Positions 27,401-46,235 of a DNA stretch of 64,000 bases are shown here, in pieces. Made by a program: the position numbers and the translations under genes. This DNA comes from Euglena gracilis (taxonomy: Eukaryota). A model generated the notes under the pieces. That model was not told the origin of the DNA. It saw only the letters and a program-made list of their open reading frames with translations, and did no database searches. The stretch covers positions 48,711,847 through 48,775,846 of the forward strand of contig CP154954.1 in assembly GCA_039621445.1 (NCBI GenBank). The letters are read 5' to 3'. Numbering within the stretch: position 1 is the stretch's first letter; the number at the start of each line of letters is the position of its first letter.

Positions 27401-30400
27401 AGCACCACACGTTCAGGGCAGACATTTATCAAGCCAAAACAAAATTTGTTGTTTGGGCGACTGGGACCAACAGACTGGATCAAAATGTGAACAGCAGTTT
27501 CAACCGAAATTGCAGCGGTGTGACGCTTGGCTTTCAGTTGTTGGGAGAGGGGGAGGGGACAGGTGGAAAACAACAGGGCAGGGATGGGATGCAGTAGCCT
27601 GAGAAACAATATTGGTTGAAACCCATGTTCAGCAGCATTTTGCACGCAGAAATATAGGGGGTGATAGCTTCGGAACCAGTCGTACACCTGCAGTGCGGTA
27701 TTGTGTCTCTTCCCTCCCCCACGTACATAACATCCCTGATACCCTCAAAACTCCCCTGGTGTATTTATGGGGAGGTCCAATAAAGGCAAAATCCCCTGGA
27801 CTGGTCACCAGCGGCCTTGGACGGGTCACTGGAGGCCAAAAAAAGTGCGATTGGGAGGGAGGGTGTTACTTAATTGGGGTGGCATTTATGTCGGGAGTGG
27901 TTCCATATCTATTAAAATATGCTGTGTGGTACAGTGTCATGTGGTGTGAGGAAGCTGGACGATGCAAACTTAAAAACAGGAGGGGCTCGTTGCTGGGTTT
28001 TGCAATGCGAGTACCCCTGGGCCAAGGTGCTGGACACCGGCCTGCGGCAGGCCTTCTATGAGCTGTCCCATCCAGGCTGAATTTTGAAGGTGAGGCCGAC
28101 CCCGCTCCGGGAGGGGGGGTAATGCCTGGCTGCCAGACACTCAAAGGCCCTCCGACATCCCCCTCTGCCGGGGGTTGGACATACTCAGCCTAGTCCCATC
28201 CAGACCAGCAGCTGCACTCTTATGTCCTGAACAATGCCCACACAGGCGCTTTGGTTGGCTCTGAAGGGGGAGGGTTGCACCGGTTATTGCTTAAGGGTTC
28301 GCAGTGCCCCGGGGGGGGGGGGCTGAATTCAGGGGGGAGAAAATTGCACCGTGCAATTTTTGCAGTTTTGTGCAATTTTCGATTTTCCTGAAATGTGCAA
28401 TTTTTGGCAATTTTGTGCAATTAATTGCACATGGCCCAGGATATTTTGTTTTGGAAAATGTCAGTTTTTGATGCCTTTGAGAGCTTACCGGTTTTTTTTT
28501 TTGCTGGGAAACTGATGTGCGTAGTGAAAATTTCCGTTCAAAGGCTGTTTATTGTTGGTTTACTCAGTGTGCGAACCCTAACTTGAGTCCCCTGCCCAAG
28601 TGTCTTCCAACAGAAAAGGAAAAGGAAAAAGGAAGAAAAAAGGAGTTTTTTTATTTTTTTTGGAAAACCGTGCAATACGTTTTTTTTGGTTTTCGTGGTG
28701 CATGGTCCCTGGCATTCTTGTGAAGTCTGTCCATGCCTCTACACGTCGTCGGGTTTTCAAATTTCTCAAGGCGCAAGGTCGCCCCCTGACCCTCCCCCCC
28801 AAAGTAGGGGGCACCCGCTGGAACTCTTGCAGGGTTTTCCCCCTCAAGAAAAGGACCCTGTTACTGTGCAGGGACGCTTTTAAATGGTGGTGTGAGCATC
28901 TTTTGGAAATGAAAAATTTTTTAGCATCGGAAGTACAGCGCATGACACGTTGCGTCTTCCGCTGGATGATGAAAAAATTCAGGATGTCCACTATGATGCT
29001 GTTCAATGGTGACATTGATGGCCGCTTTGTTTGACCGCGGCGGACTGCTGCCCAACAGGCTTCACCTGTTTTGCTGTGCCGCGCTGTCATTTTTGGATGT
29101 TCTTGACAAAGGAACAAGATGAGTCTCCAAGTAGGTGCATGTGTGCATGCTCGTTACAAGGGATCCAATGCAATCTCCAAGTATGTGCAATTTTGTGCAA
29201 TTTTGTGCAATTTTGTGCACTTTTGTGCAATTTTTTTTGCACTGCAATTTTTGACCTTCCGATGTGCAATTTCTCCCCCCCCCCCTGCTGAACTGCAGCT
29301 AGTCCAAATCTGCCCAGTGGGAATTCCAGTGGACTCCCCGGCGGGGGTCCGCCAGCAGGGCTAGCTAGTGGAAAGATTGAAAAAGATTGAATTTTTTTTC
29401 AAAACTTGCCAAAAATGGCCATATTTGGCCATGTTTGGGATTTTTTTTTGGAACATTTAAAACCTGATGTCCACCTCGGCACACAGCGCCGAAAATTTTT
29501 TTCCAGTCAGGGGGGACCCCCGGACACCGGCATTAAGTGAGCGTTGGTTTTGTACAGAGGGGTCCCTCCTCCCTCGGAGTAAGAGGCGGGGTCCAACCCC
29601 CCCCCCCCCTCAGGCCCCCTCATTTTCTTCTTGCTCCAAGAAAACATCCAAGGCTGGGGTCGAGTGGAATACCAAAGCAAATAGAAATAAGGGAACAGTG
29701 AGAGGACACATCCATTTTGATTGTGTGATCAGTTCTGAGTCGGACGTTCACAACGCTGGAGAGCCTTTGTGACCTGGTCAGGGCCCAGATCCCGAAGTAC
29801 GAGCTCGACCAGCTGTTTTTGGCGAAGGATGAGATCGCCAAAACCCTGAAAACCGAGCTGGAGCATGAAATGAATCAGTTTGGCTACACGATCGTGCAGA
29901 CCCTCATCACGGACATAGACCCTGCTCCGCTTTATGCTTGAAACCACAACCTCATCAGCTCATCGTCTATGCTTTGGAAATTCTGTCGGTGTGAGTTGAT
30001 TTCCACCATCGTCATAAAGCGCTCGTTTAGAGAAAACAAAAGCAAACAAACGCATACGCACATATCCAACCTCCGCATGTGACCAAGTGTGCCCGAGTCA
30101 ACCTGTGCTTTTGCTGCGAAAGCGCATTAAAAAACTCCTCCAAAAGGGAAGCACTGTTTCTTTTGATTTGACTTTAACATGCCACGTTGACGTCGTGTAC
30201 TGTGGCATTTTTTTTTCTTTTTCAATCTGGCAAGCGATTTCCAGAATACCAAGCATGCTTCAGAATCAGACGCAACGGTGAAGCGTGCTGGACAGGCTTC
30301 TTCAAAGCAGTCTCCTCTCCTCCAACTTAGCAACAAACTGTTACCGGCTGACAGGGATAAGATCAGACAGACCGCAGGAGAGTTCGACAGACCTGTCCTA

Positions 30401-32250
30401 TATGGTGGCCAGATGTTTCTTTTAAAGGCTGGCGACCCGTGGGCTAAGTTACCCCCCCCCCCCCCACCAGAATGCTGTAGTTACCCCATAGCACAAGGCA
30501 CATTAGTTTGGTTCAAAAGGGGTGTTGTTATCATAGAGGGGGGGAAGGGGGGTTTCCAGAAAAAAAAGAAAGATGAGTTGGGGGATGGCCACAGGCCCCC
30601 TCTCCCCACCACCCAGGGTATTAAGTGAGCGTTGGTTTTGTCCAGGATGGAAGGGGTCAAACTATTGGGGTCCATATCCCCCTTTCCCCTTTCAGACCAA
30701 GGGTGAGGGGGTGTCCGGGACCGACCCAGAAACCAAAATTATTTTTCTTTGGCACTTCGTGCCGGTGAAGATGAAATTTTGAGTGTACGGTTGGCCGATA
30801 CTTTTTTCAGCAAAAAAGTGCGCGAGAACGCCACTTTTGGGCCTGTTTGTCAAGGGCCGAATTATTCCGGTGCATTCCACTAAAAAATTTTTGCCCAGGG
30901 GAAGTGGGGTCCGACCCTCCCCTCCAGGGGGAGGGAGAGGGGTCCAGACCACCCCGCCTCCCCTCCTCTCTGCCACTTAAATACCCTGCCCCCACCGTCC
31001 GTCACCCCCCCCCCCCTGTGCTGGCCCGGAGGGCATGGAATTCGAGACTGTGGTCACTGCTGCAATGTGCGAAAACGTTGTACACAGAACTTCCCAATTT
31101 TTTCCTGTTGCCATCTTGCCTATGTTGATTACTCTCTGGGAAACTGCAGCAAAAACAATAAAACCTTCTTTCAAATATTGTTCACAAATTACGTGATCTG
31201 ACGCTCCATGAAGACTCTTCCAGGTTACCAAAAGCCGTTATTTATAACTCATTGTTGGCCTGGATGCAAAGCAAACTTGAGTGCAAGGACTCCATAGATT
31301 GTCAAATGAAGCCTGGGGCTATGAATGACATCAACGCTGCCCAGCGATTGCGTGTCGCCTTCATACTTCCTTTCCTCTGTTCGTTGCCGAGTCGGCTACT
31401 TGAATTTTTCCAACATTTCTGAATCTTGCAGCAGTTTCCAAAATCGTTCAGTTACGACTCTGCCCTGTCTCTGTCAGTGAAAGGCAGTATGGCAACGGCT
31501 CATGACAAGGCGGAGGCGGAGAAGTTGGCAATTGTCAAAGCAGCTGAGGCGGATGCCGAGAGCAAACGGCTCTCTAAGGGAGAGGGCCAAGGGATGGCAA
31601 CACTATCCTCTACATCAGCAGAATAGTGGAAGTGCAGTGGAATTGGGGCCTCTTTCCTGTTTCCCGAACCACCCCCCCCCCCCCGAAGAGCTTCCCCCGC
31701 CTACCATGATCCAAGGTGGCCACTTATTTTAAGGAAGCTTCCCATATCGTGGCCGAAGTTTATTCAAATTTGCATGATTCTGAAAAGAGTTTTACATGTT
31801 CTTTCGTATTCCCAGGAAACCGTTTTGTGCTGTTTGTTATGTTTACACTCCCCTGAACCTACGAAAAGAATTTTTAAGATTTACAAAGTGCAAAGTTGTG
31901 TCCACAAGTCCACACTTTGTGCTGCTCTTGTATCAAAAGGTCCTCCCCCTCGTTGGGCGTTGGCCTGGCCGAGCAACGCAAGGCGATCATTATGGGCCTC
32001 CATGACTCCATTCGAATGTTCACAGCCCGACAGAGGTACCCCATAGACGTTACCCCTTCATTTACAGGACAGCTGTGTGTCCTTTGTGTTTTTTTTTTCG
32101 TAGTTGAGGAGATGCCTCTCCCCCACACTAACATCACGCAGTCGGAGGTGATGGAGCTGCTCCTCATGAATCAGTACTTCGACACCCTGAAGGAGATGAC
32201 CGCTTCCTCTCACGCGAAGACAATCTTTGTTCCCCACGACCCGGTCGCAG
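21490..32250 (+). CDS. Band 7/SPFH domain protein, hypersensitive-induced reaction (HIR)-like; multi-exon
   Basis: Exons read by eye: 21490-~21684 (MGCVYCVEQSEVAIVESWGKY...ETKTADNVFVT), 28051-28075 (AFYELSHP), 28204-~28230 (DQQLHSYV), ~29770-29923 (LVRAQIPKYELDQLFLAKDEIAK...GYTIVQTLITDIDP), ~30269-30289 (DATVKRA), 31321-31358 (MNDINAAQRLRVA), 31497-~31575 (AHDKAEAEK...AEADAESKRLS), ~31956-32026 (GVGLAEQRKAIIMGLHDS), ~32124-32250 (VMELLLMNQYFDTLKE...TIFVPH). Motif order matches plant HIR / bacterial SPFH proteins. The exon(s) between 21684 and 28051 and the last exon were not resolved. A pyrimidine tract + AG at ~21464 precedes the ATG. Confidence 0.92.
22301..22372 (+). pseudogene. tRNA-like sequence (decayed tRNA or SINE head) inside the HIR gene intron
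   Basis: A-box-like AGCTCAGTGG and B-box/T-arm GTGGGTTCGAGCCCCAC at tRNA spacing; acceptor and anticodon stems are imperfect. Confidence 0.5.
22750..24152. mobile_element. TIR element (~28-bp TIR) carrying a PHD-finger-like fragment
   Basis: TAGCAGGGGCACCGTTACAATGAAACGG ... CCGTTTCATTGTAACGGCGCCCCTGCTA with subterminal AAACGG/CCGTTT repeats; no TSD seen. Confidence 0.65.
23720..23848 (+). pseudogene. PHD-finger-like coding fragment
   Basis: VRCEVCSVWWHWKCVDLRHPSRFGWMCEGC fits the C-terminal part of a PHD finger (C-x2-C..W.H-x2-C...W.C-x2-C), then a stop. Confidence 0.55.
24616..24980. mobile_element. TIR MITE with apparent 5-bp TSD
   Basis: ~26-bp TIR CTTAGGCGGCCGGATTTGCACT...AGTGCAAATCCGGCCGCCTAAG flanked by ATCCA on both sides. 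Confidence 0.75.
28073..28192. mobile_element. hAT-like MITE forming a whole intron of the HIR gene
   Basis: CAGGCTGA...TCAGCCTA inverted ends, perfect 8-bp direct repeat GTCCCATC (28065-28072, 28193-28200); removing 128 nt restores AFYELSHPDQQLHSYV. Confidence 0.75.
28330..29287. mobile_element. hAT-type element nested in a TTAA-flanked repeat
   Basis: CAGGGGGGAGAAAATTGCAC...GTGCAATTTCTCCCCCCCCCCCTG with TGCAATTTT subrepeats; flanks GCTGAATT / (G)CTGAACT. A related left end lies at ~14887. Confidence 0.7.
30614..30988. mobile_element. hAT-type MITE
   Basis: CAGGGTATTAAGTG...CACTTAAATACCCTG; flanks CCACCACC / CCCCCACC (7/8). Confidence 0.8.
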
Positions 32251-35200
32251 GCCGGGCCATCCCCTGGAGTTGTGTGATACCGCTGCTGGTCCGTTGCTCA
32301 CTCCAAAAGTGTTGGACAGGGTGGTGCATGAACCCCCACCCCAAGACAAAGCATCTAATTGAGAGCATGCATCCATTTGAGGGCCCCTGGGGGTTGCTGA
32401 GCTTGGGTTAGAATTCGGGCTGCCTTGCTAATTCCCTCCGGGGGCTGTGCAGGCTGGGCCGTACCAAATGGGACAATTGCCAAAAAATCACCTGCAGAAC
32501 ACAGCTTTGAAAAGAAAATGAGCGTCTGGTGACTCCCCAAAACCCCCTGAAAACCCTCAAAAACCCTTTTTTTTATATACCATTTTCGACCATTTCCCAG
32601 TTTTTTTTGGGTTTCACTCAGCAAAAGGGGGCTGGATGTTGGGCTGGTGGTACCCCGGAGGGGGGTGCTGTGCGGCTGGACCGGGCCAAAATCGACCTCT
32701 GGGGTCTGCAAAACCTTAGAGAGCCAATGACCCATACCTTTTAATGAGGTGCCAGCACCGATGGCATTGGTAGCCCAGCGATGATTCATTCTTCAAATGA
32801 ACTTCAGATGAAGGGGTTTTCTCTGAAATGCGAATTCCCTCCACTAAAACCACGCGCCAGAGAGAGAAGGGATACAGAAAACATCGCACTGTCCCCCAGA
32901 CGCCCCAGATGGAATTACAGCATTTTTCACACCGAATATTGCGTATGCCGTATCCTGGGGTGCTTGCTGGCGATGGGCTTTTTTAGCCTGCCCAAACGAG
33001 GGCATTTTCATTTATTTCATTTCGTCGAAAAAAGTGCTCAAACACAGTCAAAATTGGTGAAATGAAATGAGCGTTTTTCTCCTTACATGGTTTCCGTGCA
33101 TATTTTTTTGACTGAAATTTCAGTCCAGCTGCATTTGGATGATTTCCTTTTGGGCTGTAGCCCGGTCAAGCCTGGCAGTCACCTGGCCTCCTCCCCGCCG
33201 TCCTCCGCTGTGCTAACTGTATTCCCCATCCTTCAATTTGCGGGAAAAACAGCCTGACACATCACACCACATGTGGTGGCTCGCCCTCGCCCAGGGCATC
33301 GGGCAGCAGATACGACAGGGTTTGCTGGAGGCTGGTCAAAGCTTTAAAATGGACTGAACTCTGTCCCCGACCACTGCTGTCTGGGGGCCTCCCCAGTCAG
33401 GGCGTCGCTGAAGCCAGAGAAGGGTACCAACTGCCTGCCAGAAGGCAGCCCCCGAAGCGACTACCTGGAAGGTGTCAAAGTTGATGTGGGCCAAAGTTGG
33501 ACGAAAATGCACCTGGCACACATCATTGGTTGATTCCCAGTTGTTTTTTTCCTCGCAGTTTTCGAGCCTGGCTGGACCTTGGCCCCATTCCGATCGGGAC
33601 AGCCAGAAATTTTTCCAGCCAGCCCGAATTTCCTTTCCTCTGAACTTCCTCTGAGCTGGATCCTTCACTGGAGGGTTACCCCCTCAAATAATACCCCCTG
33701 GGGTATTTTTTTTCCGCCCGATGTCCCAGGAGGAGGAGGGTATTATTGACCCCAAAATTTTCGAAATTTTTCGAAGTCCCATAGGACCCAAAATAGCACC
33801 CAAACCCCCCCCTTTGGTCATCTATTTTACTTTCTCATGAAATTTAGCATTTTTGGAGGCCAGATGGTCCAGAGAAATCGATTTATCGTCAAAGATTAAT
33901 ATTTTTCTACGTACATTTTCAGGTCAAAATCCGGGGTGTCGGCCCGAAATTGGGGGGGGGGGAATTAAATCGGTCACCGAAGTCCCGCCCCGGGGGGGGG
34001 GTATTATTTGGGGGGAGGGTTTTGTTCAAAGACGTCCTGTCCCCAGCTTTTGACCCTCCTCACTCACCCGCCCACCATGCCCACCCTGCCAATCGCACGT
34101 GTCTTGCCCGCCTCCCCGCAATGTACAGTACCTGGCTCAGGCCTTCCCCTGCAAACCATCACCTAGGTTAAAGTTTGTGTTTCTTGCTTCCTGGGGGGTT
34201 CGAAATCAGTTTGGTTGCCCAGCCGGATTCTTAAGGTTCTCAGGGGGTTGGATGGGTGAGTTCACCCTTGCCTTGAGGGTGTCCACATTGGATGGCTGGT
34301 AAAAGATGCAAACCTTGGTTGGGTGTGGGAGAAAGTTCCCCAGGATCTCAATTATCATTGAGCTGACCCCCCCCCCCTTCGCCAGCGTCTTGGTCTCGAG
34401 GCAACGTGGAACCTAGGGAAATATATGTTTCATTCTCCATCTGCTTTCTTCGAGTGAAATTATGGGGGCGGCCCTGTCACTGGCCTGTGTCTTCTTCCAC
34501 TGGCCTACACCCACCCCTCAGGCACTGCCTTTGAGCAGAGGTTCTGTAACATATGCCTGGGCCTCTGAACCCCGCACCGCGCATCCGCACCTTCACTGGC
34601 GTGCCCTTTTCTTGACCCAGCGTTTTCATTTGCATTTCCATCCCAGAAAAAAGCTATTGCACAAGGACAGCTGAAAGTACCGAGGAATCTTATTTTATCG
34701 AGACATTGCTATTTTCTTTGGAGGCACTGGCTGCAGAAGGTTTCATCATCCCCGAGAGCCCTCTGTCGACCCCGCGACAAAAGGATATTCCTTTGGGGAT
34801 GGGCCATTGCCTAGTACCCAAAATACGGCTTGATTTGGATCAGAATGCGTTTCATTTTCTGATCACCGCTCATATTTCTCGGGCAAATGACAAGAGCAAG
34901 CCCCCCCCCCCACCCCTCAACCGAGTTGGAGGAGATCTGGAACCCACTTGGCGGGATTGGCCATTTTTTTTTCCTGCGGAAGGGTTCCCCCCACCCATGC
35001 CAGTGCATGGAGACCGGGGAGTCCAATTGTGTCCAGAACGACTCCATCTCCGGAGAAAATGCCTGATCATAATTGGTGGATGATCACCAAAGCATGAGGT
35101 GATGAATTTGGCGAAGTTCCAGAGTGCTCAGTGTGGCAGCTGATGACTGTGGTTTCAGCGCGATTTGGTTGCCATACTGTTGCTTGTACAATTTATTTTG

Positions 35201-35810
35201 TTTATTATATTATATATATTATATGTTGTATATTAAAAGGCGCACCAAATTCAAGTCTTTCACATTAGCCAATAACGACCAAAAAAGCCCAAAATGGCCA
35301 TATTCCCCCACCAATGGGCAATTTTTGCCAACCTGGGGTCCCCTTTCCCCCTTGTCTGGCGACCCCCCCCCCCACCCAGAGGCCATCGGTTTTCAGAGAA
35401 ATATTGTGCCAAATTGGCCATTTCCCCATTTTCACGCCCCAAATTGGCCATTTGGCCTGGGAAAAATTTATCCCCCCAAAATGGGCCATTTTGGTCCAAA
35501 AGGTGCTGATTGTTCCCCCTCCCAGGTTGGCCATTGTCCAAGGCCGCCCAAGGGGTGGCCAATCTGGGGGGGGTGAGGGTCAATTGTTTCCAGTGTTCAT
35601 CTCCGACTGCGGGACAATCTGGTAAGGTTTCAGTTCGCCCTAAGGCCCCCCAAGGGGGGGGGATGGTTTGGACCCCTGGGGGGGGGGGTCCAAACCATCC
35701 CCCCCACCAGCCCAGAAATATGCAGGCTGGTAGTGTCCTGCCCCCCGGGGGGGGGGCAGGATACTACCTGCGACGGTATTGCTTGGGGTTACTGAAGGGG
35801 TTGTGAATAT

Positions 35811-36178
35811 AGTGTGCCAAAAGTTTGTATACCCCCTCGGGTTTTGTGGGCGGGTACTCAACCCCAAGCCCCAAAGCCCATGTTACCGATGGGCTGTGGT
35901 GATGGTGTGCGCACACACCCCAGTATTGACCACCTCGCCCCCTTGCCGGGCTGGGGTTTGAGTGCCAAACAAAAAGGGCCACGGATTGAAAGGTTTTGCT
36001 CTTGCACAATTGGCCTCAGATTTGCACAAAGCCCTGTGTGTGGCAGAGGTTGGTGCTGCTGTGCGGCAGGTCTGTGCAAGCATTCACACACCATCACCAC
36101 AGCCCATGGGTAACATAGGCTTTGGGGTTGCGTGCGCGCCCACAAAACTCGAGGGCGTATAAAAAATTTTGGCACACT
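35811..36178. mobile_element. Foldback MITE with ~100-bp imperfect inverted repeats
   Basis: 35811-~35910 is the approximate reverse complement of ~36084-36178; no TSD seen. Confidence 0.65.
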
Positions 36179-36490
<312 letters not shown>

Positions 36491-36718
36491 CCTTGGCAGG
36501 GTCAACATCAGAATGAAAAATTGAGAAATGAAGTTAAAATATGCACCGTGAGGACTTGAGTTCGAGAATTTTATCCAAAAAACATATGTCACAAAATAAT
36601 GAACCCCTGATCCCAAAATGATATGCCCCCGGTGCATTATTTGGGGCACTGGCGTTTATTTGCAAGAAGGACAGGTAATGTGCGCATGTGTTTTCCCACG
36701 AACCTCGCAGGGGAGGCG

Positions 36719-44935
<8,217 letters not shown>

Positions 44936-46235
44936 ACCCTCCCTCCGAACGTTAAAATCGCATGATTTTCCTTTTGAGCGGAGACACTGCAATCCCCCTC
45001 CTCCCGCGGATTTCTTTCGACGGCCTTGTTCTAACCTGGCCGGCCCCATATCGCATAAAGGAACATGGCCAGTGATCAAAATTGATCTTGGACCATTTAT
45101 CTTTGTGACGACTTGCGATATTCTTTGCGCAAAACCAAACCGCCCCAAATGTGAACACTCACCCCATCATATTCCCTGATTTTGACTTTGCCTTTTTTTG
45201 GAGCCAAATGGGCTTTCCATTGCCTATTTTGAGATTATTCTTTTCACTGGTTTTTGATTTCACATCTGAAGCATATCCCAAATTCGATCCAAGTCATTGA
45301 TGTCATTTATGGTGAAATATTAAGAGCGATGATATCTTTTGTTTGGATGAAATTTCTAACTCTACAACAACTGCAATGCCACCCGGTGCACCCGGGCAAC
45401 AGTAGTGCCATCTGGGGGGGGGTCTTGGGGGTTCCGCCCAAATGTGGATCCAGGGTGTGGGCGGCTGAAATTGGTTCTGAAGTGCCACCACTTTAAAATG
45501 TGCCTTTTTGTTTCATTGTTTAATGTGTTCATGTCGGATCATCCGTTGACCTAACCCCTGTGTGATCCTCGGTGAATGGGTGGGAGGGCCTTCGACAGAG
45601 GGTGGGTGGGTGGGTTTGGTGGGGTGGTGGGGCATGGGTCAAACCAACCCGACAAACCGGAGGATGGGCTGTCCGAAAAAATTTAAGGGGATTTGGCCGA
45701 GTTTTGGGAGGCTTTTGGCTGGGTGAGTGGATGCACCCCCTGGGGGGTGCGGTTGTTGGTGGGTGGGTGGGGTTTCGGGGAAAAAAAACGGTTGGGTGGA
45801 TTTGGGCCCGGGGCACCCCTCCCATGGCCACCGAGTGAATCTACGTGCCGGATGTGTAACGCACCCCTCCCCAGAGGTTGTAACCACAGCAGCACAACGA
45901 AGATTTTAGATGGCGCTCCGGCTTTAAAAATTGCAAACAGGAAACTCGCATGAAACAGGTTTTTTGGAGGTTGTGGAAATTTTGTGGCGTTTGATTCGGA
46001 TTTATTACGGTATATGGAGTTTGGCTTACGGTTTCAGTTTGCAAGTTCAAAAACCAATTGATTATTATGTGCTCATTTCTACGTGTCAACAATTGGCAAC
46101 ATATACAGAATTCTGTGCACATTTTGTGTACATTGTAATGTTCATGGTTTGAGTGCCAAATCCCCCCTCCTTTGAAATTTCTGTCCCATGCTGCCAGTTC
46201 CCCCTCTCACCATAGCCCTCCTCCACCCGCAACAG

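Noticed and set aside
23991-27432. Candidate missing HIR exons (VICSISYQ ~23991, LALQY ~24660, LNIQY ~27381, ADIYQ ~27418)
   Set aside because: Not resolvable by eye, and two lie inside TIR elements; left unassigned.
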